Of a stretch of 64,000 nt of DNA, positions 30,343 to 40,793 are shown piece by piece. The notes under the pieces are model-generated. The model saw nothing but the letters and a program-made list of their open reading frames with translations, was not told the origin of the DNA and did no database searches. Position 1 is the stretch's first letter; every line of letters begins with the position of its first letter. Source of the stretch: Alphaproteobacteria bacterium (GTDB lineage Bacteria > Pseudomonadota > Alphaproteobacteria > CALKHQ01); assembly GCA_965227515.1 (NCBI GenBank), contig CBDDFZ010000002.1, forward strand, positions 1,056,001-1,120,000, read 5' to 3'. The position numbers and the translations under genes were made by a program.

Positions 30343-31686
30343 ATGACCAAGCGGGTTGCGATCATCGGGGCGGGACCGTGTGGCATGAGTGCGCTGCGGG
30401 CATTTGCGGCCGCGCGCGACAAGGGCGAGGCCATACCGAACATCGTCTGCTTCGAGCGCCAGCGCGACTGGGGCGGCCTGTGGAACTACACGTGGCGCAC
30501 CGGGCTGGACGAGTTCGGCGAGCCGGTCCACAGCTCCATGTACCGCTATCTGTGGTCGAACGGCCCCAAGGAGTGCCTGGAGTTCTCCGACTATTCGTTC
30601 GAGGAGCACTTCGGCAAGCCGATCCCCTCGTTCCCGCCACGCGAGCCGCTGGCCGACTACATCAAGGGCCGGGCCGAGAAGAGCGATATCCGCAAGTACG
30701 TGCGCTTCACCACCGCCGTGCGCTGGATCGACTTCCAGGAGACGACCGGCAAGTTCACCGTGGTGACCGAGGACCTGACGACCAACCACAAGGCGTTCGA
30801 CCAGTTCGACAACGTCATCGTCGCCACCGGTCACTTTTCGGTGCCGAACGTGCCGGAGTTCGAGGGCATTCAGACATTCCCCGGCCGGGTGCTGCACGCC
30901 CACGACTTCCGCAGCGCCAACGAGTTCGCCGGCCGCGACCTGTTGATCGTCGGCGCCAGCTACTCGGCCGAGGATATCGGCCTGCAGTGCCACAAGTACG
31001 GGGCCAAGTCGGTGACCATGAGCTGGCGGACCGCACCGATGGGCTTCGACTGGCCGGAGGGCATGGAGGAGCGCGAGCTCTTGACCCGCATCGACGGGCG
31101 CACCGTGCACTTCAAGGACGGCTCGTCGAAGGAGTTCGACGCCATCATCCTGTGCACCGGCTACAAGCACCACTTCCCGTTCCTGAGCGATGCGCTGCGC
31201 CTGGAGACCACCAACCGGTTGTATTCGCCCGGCCTCTACAAGGGTGTGGTCTGGGCGGCCCACCCGGGGCTGCTGTACCTGGGCATGCAGGACCAGTGGT
31301 ACACCTTCACCATGTTCGACGCCGAGGCGTGGTTCGCCCGCGACGTGATCATGGGCAAGATCGAGTTGCCGTCGCAGGCCGAGATGGAAGCCGACATGGC
31401 CAAGTGGGCGGAGATGGAGGCGGCGGCCGACGACGCCAGCAAGATGATCACGTTCCAGACCGACTACATCAAGGAACTGATGAGCTACACCGACTATCCG
31501 AAGTTCGACATCGACAGCGCCGATGCCAGCTTCAAGGTGTGGAAGAAGAACAAGTCGAAGGGCATTCTGACCTATCGCGACTATGCCCATCCGTCGCCGG
31601 TGACCGGCACCATGTCGCCGACCATGTCGAAGCCGTGGATCGAGCAGATGGACGATTCGATGGAGACATTCCTGAAGGGCGGATGA
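30343..31686 (+). CDS. tmm: Flavin-containing monooxygenase, trimethylamine monooxygenase type
   Basis: [46 protein letters not shown] and [10 protein letters not shown]. Confidence 0.9.
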   Translation: MTKRVAIIGAGPCGMSALRAFAAARDKGEAIPNIVCFERQRDWGGLWNYTWRTGLDEFGEPVHSSMYRYLWSNGPKECLEFSDYSFEEHFGKPIPSFPPREPLADYIKGRAEKSDIRKYVRFTTAVRWIDFQETTGKFTVVTEDLTTNHKAFDQFDNVIVATGHFSVPNVPEFEGIQTFPGRVLHAHDFRSANEFAGRDLLIVGASYSAEDIGLQCHKYGAKSVTMSWRTAPMGFDWPEGMEERELLTRIDGRTVHFKDGSSKEFDAIILCTGYKHHFPFLSDALRLETTNRLYSPGLYKGVVWAAHPGLLYLGMQDQWYTFTMFDAEAWFARDVIMGKIELPSQAEMEADMAKWAEMEAAADDASKMITFQTDYIKELMSYTDYPKFDIDSADASFKVWKKNKSKGILTYRDYAHPSPVTGTMSPTMSKPWIEQMDDSMETFLKGG

Positions 31687-31718
31687 GGAATGTGTCCTCC
31701 GTGGCGTCTATTCACCCG

Positions 31719-31848
31719 ATTGTCGTCCTTGGCCGAGCCCAGGCCTTGCCTGGGCGACGCGCCGAGGACCCATTCCTCCGTTCGCGCGATGCCCGAAATG
31801 GATCCCCGACGCTCGGCCAGAACTTTGGCCTCGGTCGAGGATGACAAT
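31719..31848. repeat. REP-like palindromic element (family A)
   Basis: ATTGTCGTCCT...GAGGACCCAT ... ATGGATCCCCGAC...GTCGAGGATGACAAT. Confidence 0.7.
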
Positions 31849-31890
31849 AGGGTGTTGACTGCTGTGACAGGTTGAGGCGACACCACCCCC

Positions 31891-32661
31891 ATGCCCGACT
31901 CACTTGAAGTCACCCGGCACAACGCGACCGCGCTGGTCACCATCGACAACGCGGCGCGGCTGAACTGCCTGTCGCCGGCGATCCTGGCCGACATGGCGCG
32001 CGTGCTCGACGCGCTGGAGGCCGACCACGCGGTGCGTGCCGTGGTGCTGACCGGAGCGGGCGACCGCGCGTTCTGCGCCGGGGCGGACATCGCCGCCTGG
32101 GGCGACATGACGCCGTTCGAGTTCTCCCGCCAATGGGTGGTGCTGGGCCATCGGCTGTTCGACCGGCTGGCGGCCTTGCCGGTGCCGGTGATCGCCGCCG
32201 TCAATGGCCTGGCGCTAGGCGGCGGGCTGGAACTGGCGACCGCCTGCGATTTGCGCATCGCTACGCCTGCCGCGTCATTCGGCCTGCCGGAGGCGACCAT
32301 CGGCGTCGTCCCCGGTTGGTCCGGCGCCAACCGGCTGTTGCGTCACATGCCGCAGGCGCTGGTGCGGGAAATGGCGCTGACCGGTGCGCACATCGGCGCT
32401 GACCGGGCGCACCAGGTGGGCTTCGTCAATGAACTGAACGACGATCCGCGCGCCGCGGCGCTATCGATGGCCGACCAGGTCGCAGCACTAGCGCCCCGCG
32501 CGGTGGAGGTGGCGAAGACCGTGCTGTCGGCCGCGACGGGCGAGGGGGCCGCCGCCGCCATCGACGCACTTGCTGGCGGGCTGGTTGCGTCTACCGCCGA
32601 CAAGGCGGAGGGCGTCTCCAGCTTCCGCGAAAAACGCAAGCCGGTTTTTAAGGGTGATTAG
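31891..32661 (+). CDS. Enoyl-CoA hydratase/isomerase
   Basis: AFCAGADI, GGGLELA, FGLPE and FREKRKPVFKG. Confidence 0.93.
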   Translation: MPDSLEVTRHNATALVTIDNAARLNCLSPAILADMARVLDALEADHAVRAVVLTGAGDRAFCAGADIAAWGDMTPFEFSRQWVVLGHRLFDRLAALPVPVIAAVNGLALGGGLELATACDLRIATPAASFGLPEATIGVVPGWSGANRLLRHMPQALVREMALTGAHIGADRAHQVGFVNELNDDPRAAALSMADQVAALAPRAVEVAKTVLSAATGEGAAAAIDALAGGLVASTADKAEGVSSFREKRKPVFKGD

Positions 32662-33616
32662 CTGGCTCGGCGGCTGAGGGCGTCGCCGTGGGCGCTTGGC
32701 TCGGCCGGCCCCTTCGGCCGACGGCAACAAGTGCAAGAATTATTGCGATTGTGATGCCGCACCATACAGCGATGGTGCGCCACTGGGCTGCCGTGACACT
32801 GACCGCTGAGTAGACGACCGCGTTGCCGGTGTGAATGGCCACGACCTCGACCGGATCGCGTTTCGCTTCGATCATAGCGCGGGCGGCCTGCTGGCCGATG
32901 TCGTAGGTCTCGTCGCTGTCAGGCACCAGCGCCATCAGTTGCGTGCGCATGCGATGCCATGCATCCCCATTCACGCTCATTGTCAGGGTGTCTCCAGGGC
33001 TCAGGTTCTGGGCTGCCTCCAGCCAGCGGTCGCCCGAAGTATCGAAGATACCGTACGCTATCACGTCGCCATCGAGGAACAGCAGTGCGCGCAGCGACCC
33101 GCTGTGCCCTCGCAAAGCCGAGTAGCTGCCAATCGCGACCTCTGTTCGGTCGAGTGTGCCACCAATTTCAACAGTTTCCGGCGGCCAGAACGATGGCAGC
33201 CGAATGGCAATCATGACGATTGCGAATAGCAGCGCGCCCGCAAGCGGCAGCACCGCCCAGCTCAGGACCTGCTTTTTTCCGCCGCCGCCGCTGCTCGGAC
33301 CTTTTGGGCCGTGTGGACCGACAGGTGGTTTTCCGGGCGGCTCTTCGTCGTGCTCTCTGAGTGCGCGTCGGCAGGCGCCATCCAGCTTTCCCAGCCGTTC
33401 CCACCAGTCGCTCAGGCTGATGTTCTCGACGTGGCGGTCGCCCAATGCGCGCACGTGGCACAGGCTTATCAGGCGTTCGAGAGCGCCAGACCGTGTCTCC
33501 GGCCGGTCGAGAGCGCTGACTAGGCGCTCCAACCTGGCAGTTGAACTCTCGCTCCCGCCATTGCGCAATACTTCGATAACCCGCCCGGCGTGATATTTGA
33601 CACTGTTGATCGACAT
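32648..33616 (-). CDS. Hypothetical membrane protein (2 TM)
   Basis: GGAG SD before ATG 33616; helical N-domain, Gly/Pro linker, TM, extracytoplasmic domain, TM. Confidence 0.55.
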   Translation of the reverse strand: MSINSVKYHAGRVIEVLRNGGSESSTARLERLVSALDRPETRSGALERLISLCHVRALGDRHVENISLSDWWERLGKLDGACRRALREHDEEPPGKPPVGPHGPKGPSSGGGGKKQVLSWAVLPLAGALLFAIVMIAIRLPSFWPPETVEIGGTLDRTEVAIGSYSALRGHSGSLRALLFLDGDVIAYGIFDTSGDRWLEAAQNLSPGDTLTMSVNGDAWHRMRTQLMALVPDSDETYDIGQQAARAMIEAKRDPVEVVAIHTGNAVVYSAVSVTAAQWRTIAVWCGITIAIILALVAVGRRGRPSQAPTATPSAAEPANHP

Positions 33617-33679
33617 CGATGTGCTCCACGTCACCATAGTCGCGTGGTGCAGTTAATTTTCCCTTGGGAGGCGGCGGCC

Positions 33680-34042
33680 ATGCGTCTTGACCTGACCCGC
33701 GACAGTGTTGCTGCCGGCGACGATGCGGACGCACCGCACCGGCGGTCGGCCGACCTGCCGGACGACACATCGGTGGAGGCTCTGGTGGCCTGGATCGTCA
33801 ACGCGGGCTACCTGCCGCGAATCGGCGGCGGGCAGGCCACATGGTCGTTCGTGTCACGCCGCCCGTTTGCGGTCGCGGCACAGCAGTGGCCGCTGCCCCG
33901 CATGCTGTCGTCAATCCCGTTTGACCTTGAAGACCTGAACTGGGCTGACGGCGTGTTGAGGGTGCACGCGGTCTATCATGTGCAGCAGGACCCACAGGCG
34001 GTGTTTGACGTGCTGGAACGCATGGTTTGGGACGCGTTTTAG
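33680..34042 (+). CDS. Hypothetical protein
   Basis: GGGAGG SD; MRLDLTRDSVAAGDDADAPH...YLPRIGGGQATW. Confidence 0.7.
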   Translation: MRLDLTRDSVAAGDDADAPHRRSADLPDDTSVEALVAWIVNAGYLPRIGGGQATWSFVSRRPFAVAAQQWPLPRMLSSIPFDLEDLNWADGVLRVHAVYHVQQDPQAVFDVLERMVWDAF

Positions 34043-34052
34043 GAGCGCGAGG

Positions 34053-34520
34053 CTAGTGCGCCTCGACAAGCCACATGGGCAAGGTCACTTCCTCGCCGTG
34101 TTCGTACAGCGCCTCGAACACACCGTCATTGTCGGTGTCGATGATGTTGAACGCGCGGTCCTGGGTGACCAGGTGGTAGCCGTAGACCGACCCGCCATAG
34201 GCCATGGTGCCCACGGTGAGATGGAGATGAATGTCGTAGAGCGTCTGGCGGGTCTCGTCGCCGGGAATGTCGCGCAGGATGTCGACGTCGACGATCTCAA
34301 CCGGTATGCGCGCCGCCAGGTCGCGTGGGATCAGGTGGTTGTAGCCGGAAGGCTCGGGAACGCCGCGCAGGCCCGTGTCGGCATGGCCGGTGCCACCGCC
34401 TGTCCCGAGCGACTCCACGGCCACCGCGCCCAGCATCGCGACGCTGGCCAGGGTGCAGAACAGACTGATCCACAGGGCACGACGCGAACCGCGCCGGTCT
34501 CCCGATGATTGTGCACGCAC
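34053..34520 (-). CDS. Hypothetical membrane-anchored/secreted protein
   Basis: GGGAGG SD before GTG; N-terminal TM; DTDNDG Ca-loop-like motif. Confidence 0.65.
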   Translation of the reverse strand: MRAQSSGDRRGSRRALWISLFCTLASVAMLGAVAVESLGTGGGTGHADTGLRGVPEPSGYNHLIPRDLAARIPVEIVDVDILRDIPGDETRQTLYDIHLHLTVGTMAYGGSVYGYHLVTQDRAFNIIDTDNDGVFEALYEHGEEVTLPMWLVEAH

Positions 34521-34750
34521 GGCGGCCTCCCAACCGTCATGGTGGCAATGCCCTCGGGCATAGGTCGCGGCCGGTGGGGAGAATGTTCAAAATTGTTGAT
34601 GGCGACGGGACAACGTAGGGACGGGGCGGCGCGGCGAGGCCGGCGGCGTGGAGCAGGATGGCCAAGGCCTGCTGATGGCGCACGAAAGCTCTTGGGTTGA
34701 TGCCAACCGAAACCCTGGCATGGGGGCGGCAGGCCGGCTCATCAGGGGCT

Positions 34751-34804
34751 AGATTCCCGGATCGGATTCCCGGATCGGATTCCCGCATCAGATTCTGGGA
34801 ATCA
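34751..34804. repeat. 13-bp tandem repeat (about 4 copies)
   Basis: agattcccggatc/ggattcccggatc/ggattcccgcatc/agattctgggaatc. Confidence 0.7.
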
Positions 34805-35555
34805 GCAACCCACCATCCACCTGCACCGCTTGCCCGGTGGAGTAGGCGAGGCGGCCGGTCGCCATCGCCGCCGCCACCGCGCCGACGTCGGCCGGCTGGC
34901 CAGTGCGCGGGGTGACCGTCAGCCCGTCGGCGATGCGGCGCTTGTAGTCGGTCATCACCGGGGCGGTCATGGCGGTCTCGATGACGCCGGGCTGGATCTC
35001 GTAGCAGCCGATCCCGGCTTCGCCCAGCCGCACCGCGAACAGCCGCGACACCATCGACATCGCCGCCTTGGAGACGCAGTACTCGCCGCGCGCGATGGAG
35101 ACCGCTTGCGCGTTGGACGACGTCACCGAGATCACCGAGTGGTGCACGTCGGGCGCGCGGTCACGGCCCAGCACCAGCCGTGCCCACGCCTGGGTGAGGA
35201 AGAAGCCGGCGCGGGTGTTGATCGCCTGGCAGCGGTCATAGCTCTCCGGCGTCACGTCCAGCAGGTCGCCGCGCGACATTGCGGTTACCCCGGCGTTGTT
35301 GACCAGGGTGGTCAGCGGGCCGAGCGCCGCCTCGGCCGCGCCCAGCATGCCGGCATGGCCGTCGATAGCGGCGACGTCGCCGGGGACGGCCGCTGCACGC
35401 GCGCCGCTGCGGGTCAGCGCGTCGACCGTGGATTGCAGCTCGTCGTCCATCGCCGGGCCGTTGATGGCGACCGCGAACCCCTCCGCGGCCAGGGCCTCGG
35501 CGATGGCGCGGCCAATGCCCCGGCTCGACCCGGTGATCAGTGCCGCGCCCGTCAT
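34788..35555 (-). CDS. SDR family 3-ketoacyl-ACP reductase-like oxidoreductase
   Basis: TGSSRGIG, NNAG, YCVSK and PGVIET; ATG overlaps the upstream stop. Confidence 0.92.
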   Translation of the reverse strand: MTGAALITGSSRGIGRAIAEALAAEGFAVAINGPAMDDELQSTVDALTRSGARAAAVPGDVAAIDGHAGMLGAAEAALGPLTTLVNNAGVTAMSRGDLLDVTPESYDRCQAINTRAGFFLTQAWARLVLGRDRAPDVHHSVISVTSSNAQAVSIARGEYCVSKAAMSMVSRLFAVRLGEAGIGCYEIQPGVIETAMTAPVMTDYKRRIADGLTVTPRTGQPADVGAVAAAMATGRLAYSTGQAVQVDGGLLIPRI

Positions 35556-36712
35556 GCGGCGGCGCCGTGCTTCAGCAGCTCGCGCGCGATGATGGTGCGC
35601 TGGATCTGCTGGGTGCCTTCGTAGATCTGGGTGATCTTGGCGTCGCGGTAGAGGCGTTCCACTTCGAACCCCTGGATGTAGCCGGAACCGCCGAAAATCT
35701 GCACCGCATTGGCGGTTTGCGCCACCGCGACGTCGCCGGCCATGCACTTGGCCATGGAGCAGGCCGCGTTCGCCGGCACGTCGTTGTCGAGCATGATCGC
35801 GGCGCGGTGGACCAGCGCGCGGGCGGCGGTAATGTCTTTCGCCATATCGGCCAGCATCCACTGGATGCCCTGGTTGTCGCTGATGACGGCGCCGAACTGC
35901 TTGCGGGTCTGGGCGTAGTCCAGTGCGGCTTCCAAGCCGGCCTGGGCGATGCCGACCGCGAGCGCGGCGATGCCGACCCGGCCCTTCTCCAGCACGCTCA
36001 TCATCATGTGGAAGCCGCGCCCCTCGGTGCCGAGCAGGGCGTCCGCCGGCAGCGCCACATTGTCGAAATTGAGCGCGCCGACCTGGCTCGCCCGCTGGCC
36101 CATCTTGTGTTCTTTCGGGCCGCGGGTGACGCCGCTTGCGTTGAGGTCGACGATGAAGATCGACATGCCGCGATGGCCCGCGGCCGGGTCGGTCCGCGCC
36201 AGCACGAAGCCGAGATCGGCCACCGGCGCGTTGTGGATCCACAGCTTCTCGCCATTGAGCCGCCATCCATCTCCGTCGCGGGTAGCGGTGCAGCGGATGC
36301 CGGACACGTCGGACCCGGCTTCCGCTTCGGTGATGCAATAGGCGACCAGCTTGCGGGCGGCGAGCACGTCCGCCATGTAGACCTGCTGCTGTTCGGCAGT
36401 GCCGTAGCGTGTCAGCAACGTGCCGATCAGTTCGATCAGCCCGCACTGATCGGCGACGGACGCATATCCGCGTGACAGTTCCTCCATCACCAGGGCATAG
36501 GCATAGGCATCGAGGCCGACACCGCCCAGTTCGGCCGGAACGCCGATGCCGAACAGCCCGAGGTCGGCCATCTCCCGATAGAGGTCCACCGGGAACGACG
36601 CATCGCGGTCCAGCTCGCCGGCGATCGGTCGGATGCGCTCGTCGGCGAACCGGCGCGTCATCTCTCGCACCTGGGCGTAGGTCTCGGCGTCGCCTTTCGG
36701 GATCGGCAGCAT
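35552..36712 (-). CDS. Acyl-CoA dehydrogenase
   Basis: ITEAEAGSD, LNGEKLWI, RKQFG, QIFGGSGY and IYEGT. Confidence 0.95.
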   Translation of the reverse strand: MLPIPKGDAETYAQVREMTRRFADERIRPIAGELDRDASFPVDLYREMADLGLFGIGVPAELGGVGLDAYAYALVMEELSRGYASVADQCGLIELIGTLLTRYGTAEQQQVYMADVLAARKLVAYCITEAEAGSDVSGIRCTATRDGDGWRLNGEKLWIHNAPVADLGFVLARTDPAAGHRGMSIFIVDLNASGVTRGPKEHKMGQRASQVGALNFDNVALPADALLGTEGRGFHMMMSVLEKGRVGIAALAVGIAQAGLEAALDYAQTRKQFGAVISDNQGIQWMLADMAKDITAARALVHRAAIMLDNDVPANAACSMAKCMAGDVAVAQTANAVQIFGGSGYIQGFEVERLYRDAKITQIYEGTQQIQRTIIARELLKHGAAA

Positions 36713-36733
36713 GGTAGAGCTCGTGCGGTGATC

Positions 36734-36755
36734 TAAGTAACCAGTTGGTTATTTA
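36734..36755. promoter_or_regulatory. AT-rich palindromic operator upstream of the acyl-CoA dehydrogenase
   Basis: TAAGTAACCAGTTGGTTATTTA (9 of 11 pairs match). Confidence 0.6.
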
Positions 36756-36850
36756 TGCGATCGCAGCGCGGGCGTCAAACACCCATCCCAGACGCGCGAA
36801 AGCCGCCGGCGCATGCAGCACCGGCGGCCCTCGTCGCGCGCGGGTCGGGA

Positions 36851-38690
36851 TCAGACGAACGAGAAATCGTCTGCCGTCAACGCGGTGACGTCATGGAGCC
36901 CGATGTACCCCTCGGCGAACAGAAGGACGGAAAAGTCGCCGCTGGTGATCATCGGCGCGTCGGTGCCGCTGAGCACGCCGTCGCCATTGGTGTCGAGTGC
37001 TGCAAAGCTGTCGACCGCGGTACCGTCGGCAAGGCTCAGGCCGGCCAGCTCCAGGATGTCGTCATCGACGCTGAAATCGGTGATCAGGTCATAGCCGAAA
37101 TTGCCGGCCGCGCCGTCATACACAAAGGTATCGTCGCCCGCGCCGCCGGTCAGCGCGTCGAAGCCGCCACGACCCTCGAACCGGTTGTCCTCGACATTGC
37201 CGGCCAGGATGTCGCCGTAGTCGGAGCCGACGACGCCCTCGATCTCGTCATAGGTGTGGGTGAACGAGGCACCGCTATCGTAGTCGTGCACGGTGCCCGT
37301 GCCGGCGAACAGATCGACCTCGACCTTGCCGCCGAAGGCTCGGTAGTCGACAGTGTCGAGGGCATTCGCGCCTGAAATGTCGCTCGTCGGAAGGTCATCA
37401 CCGTAGAAATGGTCGTTGCCCAGGCTGCCGCGAAACACGTCGTTGCCAAGGTAGCCATAGAACCATTCGTCGACCGACGGGTCGTCGGTGCCACGGATGG
37501 TGTCATCGAATTGGGTGGCGATGAATTGCTCGAAGCCGGAGATCGTATCGGTGTATTCGGCGATGATGATGAAGCCGCCGCCCTGCGTGACGGTCGGCGT
37601 GCCGGCCGCGTGACCCTGGACGATCCCGCTTTCGGCATTGATGTACGCGCTGCCGGGGGCATTGCGGTAGTCCAGCGTGTCGGCCCTGCTCTGGTCGCCG
37701 GTCACGACACTGTCGTCGCCGTCGCCGCCGTGGAACGTGTCGTTGTCGCTGTCGCCGACCGACCAAGCGTGCACGACGTCCGCACCCGAGCCGCCCAGGA
37801 CGGTGTCCGACCCGATGCTGTTGTACAAGTTATCATCGCCCGTACCGCCGGACAGATAGTCGTCGCCCGCCTGGCCGCGGAGCTCGTCGTCACCGCCTTG
37901 GCCGAACAGCCAGTCATCGCCGGATTCCCCGTACAGAATGTCCGCACCCCCTTCGCCATAAGCGGTGTCGTGGCCTTTGCCCCCGTGAACGATGTCGTCG
38001 CCTTCGGCGCCGTAGATGCGGTCATCGCCTTCCCGTCCGTACAACGTGTCGTTGCCTGCACCGCCGTCGAAATTGTCGGCGCCGTACGAGCCCAGGATTT
38101 GATCGTCGAAATCCGAGCCGATGAAGGAGTCGATGTCGTCGAACTCAATCGTGCCCGCGGTCGTGGTGTAGTTCTCAGTGGCGATTTCGTACCAGGCGTC
38201 GATATAGACCCCGTGGCCGAGGTCGCCGAAGTCCAGCCGGTCATAGCCCTCGCCACCGTCGATGGTGTGGTCGCCCAGCTTTTGGACATGGAAGGTGTCG
38301 CGGCCCTTGCCGCCGAATGCCGTCACGTCGCCGGTGCCGCCGATGGTGAGACGGTCGTTGCCGTCGCCAAGATCGATCACATAGTCCGCCGAACCGTGCA
38401 GGCTCACGATGTCATTGCCGCCAAAGGTCTGAATGCTGGTGTCGACGTGGCGCAGCACGCTCAGCCAGTCGGCGTATTCGGTGCCCGAGAGCACGGTTGC
38501 CGAGCTGTTGTTGGCATCCGGCGCCGTTACCGGCGCTGGCGTGGTGTCGTCGGTCTGATCCTTGTCCGATGTCAGCGCCCGCGGGTCGGCCAAGCCTTGC
38601 TGCGTCGGCGCCAGCGGATCGGCCAACGGGTCGGCCAGCGTGGTGTTCAGCGAAGAGGGGGCCAGCCAAGTGGGGTCCAGGGTACGTGCC
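36851..38690 (-). CDS. RTX Ca-binding secreted protein (paralog 1)
   Basis: GGxGxD repeats; C-terminus DLITDFSVDDDILEL...LTADDFSFV. Confidence 0.88.
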
Positions 38691-38834
38691 ATTGTCGTCG
38701 TCCTCGTTCATGCCGCGTGTGGCGCGGCGGTTGATCTGCACCGGGCTGCTCCCGGCGCCTGAGGACCATCTGGTCAACGGCGTGCGTGCGTGCTTGACCG
38801 GCTTGTGAGGACGATTGGAGGATTTCGTGAGGGC

Positions 38835-38850
38835 CGTGACCGCGGTCACA
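38835..38850. promoter_or_regulatory. CRP-family-like site upstream of RTX paralog 1
   Basis: CGTGA-CCGCGG-TCACA; conserved at the same offset upstream of paralog 2. Confidence 0.6.
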
Positions 38851-38950
38851 GAGGCAGCGGAAATGGCCGCGCCGGTGCAGGTGTTTCACAGGAAACGGCC
38901 GCCGGCACGCATGGCGCCGGCGGCTCGCAGTCCGCAGGTCTCGGTTCGGA

Positions 38951-40648
38951 TCAGGCGAAGACGATGTCGTCCTCGGTCAGTCCGCTCACACCCTGCAACT
39001 CGATGACGCCGTCCTGCAGGAGCAGGGCCGTGTTGCCGCTCCACGAGACAGCGGTGCTGTCCGCGCCGTCGATGACGCCGTCACCATTGGTGTCGAGGTC
39101 GGCGAAGCTGTCGATGGCGGTGCCGTCGGTGCGGACCAGGCCCGCCAGCTCCAGAATGTCCTCCTCGACGTCAAAGTCGGTGACGCGGTCGTAGCCGATG
39201 TCGCCCGCGTCGCCGTCGAACACGAAGGTGTCGCTGGCGGCACCGCCGGTGAGCACATCGAAGCCGCCGCGGCCTTCCAGCCGGTTCGCCGCCCCGTCGC
39301 CGGTCAGGATGTCGTTGAAGTCGCTGCCGACCGCGTTCTCGATGCCGCGATAGGTGTGGGTCCACTCGCCGCCGCTGGCGAAGTCGCGGGCGGTGCCGAA
39401 GGCGGCCGCGAGGTCGAGCTCGATCGAGCCGCCATAGTTGCCGTAGTCGACCGTGTCGTTGCCGACGCTCTGCCCCACGCCCGGCAAGGTGTCGCCGTCG
39501 AAATTGTCGTCGCCCTTGCTGGCGATGAAGCGGTCATTGCCGGCCCGGCCATAGAACCACTCGTCGACAAGCGGGTCGTCGGCGCCGCGGAAGGTGTCGT
39601 CGAAGTCGGTGCCGATAATGCGCTCGAAGCCGGAGATGGTGTCGATGAACTCGGTCGTGATGGTGAACGGGCCGCTTTGCTCGACAATCGGAATGCCGGC
39701 TGCCTCGCCCTGCACCTGGCCGAGTTCCGCGTCGAAGTAGCCCGAACCGGTGGCGTAGCGGTAGTCGATGGTGTCGGCATCGGTCTCGACGCCGTCGTTC
39801 ACCCCGGCACCGTGGTTGCCGCCCTTGAACGTGTCGTTGGACTGGTCGTCATGATGCGTGCCGATGACGTAGTCGGCGCCATCGCCGCCGTCGACATAGT
39901 CGCTGCCGGCGTTGCCAGAGAGCAGGTCATCGTCGTCGCCGCCGAGGACGATGTCGTCCCCCAAGCCGCCGCTGAGCGTGTCCCTGCCGTCTTCGCCACT
40001 GATCCAGTCGTCGCCTTTGCCGCCCCAAATGTAGTCGTGGCGGCTGCCGCCCCACCCGGCGTCGTCGCCGTCGCCGAGCCAAATGTCGTCGTCGCCGTCG
40101 CCGCCACGGACACGATCCGCGGCGTTGCCGCCATAGACCTTGTCGTCGCCGCCTTCGGCATAGACGTCGAGCGCGGCATCGGTCGTGCTGAAGACGTCGC
40201 CGTAGTCGGTGCCGTGGATCACTTCGATATTCTCGATCGTCATGAACTCGGTCGGCGCGAGCGGATGATTGCCGACGATGCCGGCGTCGAAATTCACCCG
40301 GATGCCATGATCCAGGCCAAGGAATGTCATGGCATCCCGATCGGCGCCGCCATCGAAGTGATGGTTGTCGAACTCGTTGACGATGAAGCTGTCGTTGCCG
40401 GAGCCGCCGTCGGCGGTCACCGCGCCGGAGCCGTTGACGATCAGGATGTCGTTGCCGGAGCCTAAGTCGACGTCATAGTCGGCCTTGCCGTCGAGTATCA
40501 CGAAGTCATTGCCGCCAAATGTGTAGACGCTGGTAGCGGTGTGCCGGTGCAGGTCCAGGAAGTCGCTGCCGTTGGAGCCGTAGACCGGCCCGCTGTCGAA
40601 CTTGATGGTGGTCGATGCGATGGGGGTGAACAGGGTCTTGCTAGCCAT
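38951..40648 (-). CDS. RTX Ca-binding secreted protein (paralog 2)
   Basis: Colinear with paralog 1 (DTISGFE, DEWFYG, EGRGGFD, DTNGDGV); ends LTEDDIVFA. Confidence 0.88.
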   Translation of the reverse strand: MASKTLFTPIASTTIKFDSGPVYGSNGSDFLDLHRHTATSVYTFGGNDFVILDGKADYDVDLGSGNDILIVNGSGAVTADGGSGNDSFIVNEFDNHHFDGGADRDAMTFLGLDHGIRVNFDAGIVGNHPLAPTEFMTIENIEVIHGTDYGDVFSTTDAALDVYAEGGDDKVYGGNAADRVRGGDGDDDIWLGDGDDAGWGGSRHDYIWGGKGDDWISGEDGRDTLSGGLGDDIVLGGDDDDLLSGNAGSDYVDGGDGADYVIGTHHDDQSNDTFKGGNHGAGVNDGVETDADTIDYRYATGSGYFDAELGQVQGEAAGIPIVEQSGPFTITTEFIDTISGFERIIGTDFDDTFRGADDPLVDEWFYGRAGNDRFIASKGDDNFDGDTLPGVGQSVGNDTVDYGNYGGSIELDLAAAFGTARDFASGGEWTHTYRGIENAVGSDFNDILTGDGAANRLEGRGGFDVLTGGAASDTFVFDGDAGDIGYDRVTDFDVEEDILELAGLVRTDGTAIDSFADLDTNGDGVIDGADSTAVSWSGNTALLLQDGVIELQGVSGLTEDDIVFA

Positions 40649-40793
40649 GGTTTGGTCCTCGTCCTCTGCGCCGCAGACGGGGCGGCTGGGGTGTTTGCGC
40701 CGGGCCGTTCCCGGTGCCTGAGGACCAGATGGGCGGCGCGATCTGACGCCGCTTGGCGGAAACCTGTGGGAAGTTTGGGGAGTGATCCGAGGC

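Noticed and set aside
34788-36446. 552-aa fused ORF in the track (likewise 53958-55592 and 54770-56557)
   Set aside because: Only the C-terminal parts are real genes; the extensions are off-frame overlaps of the upstream genes.
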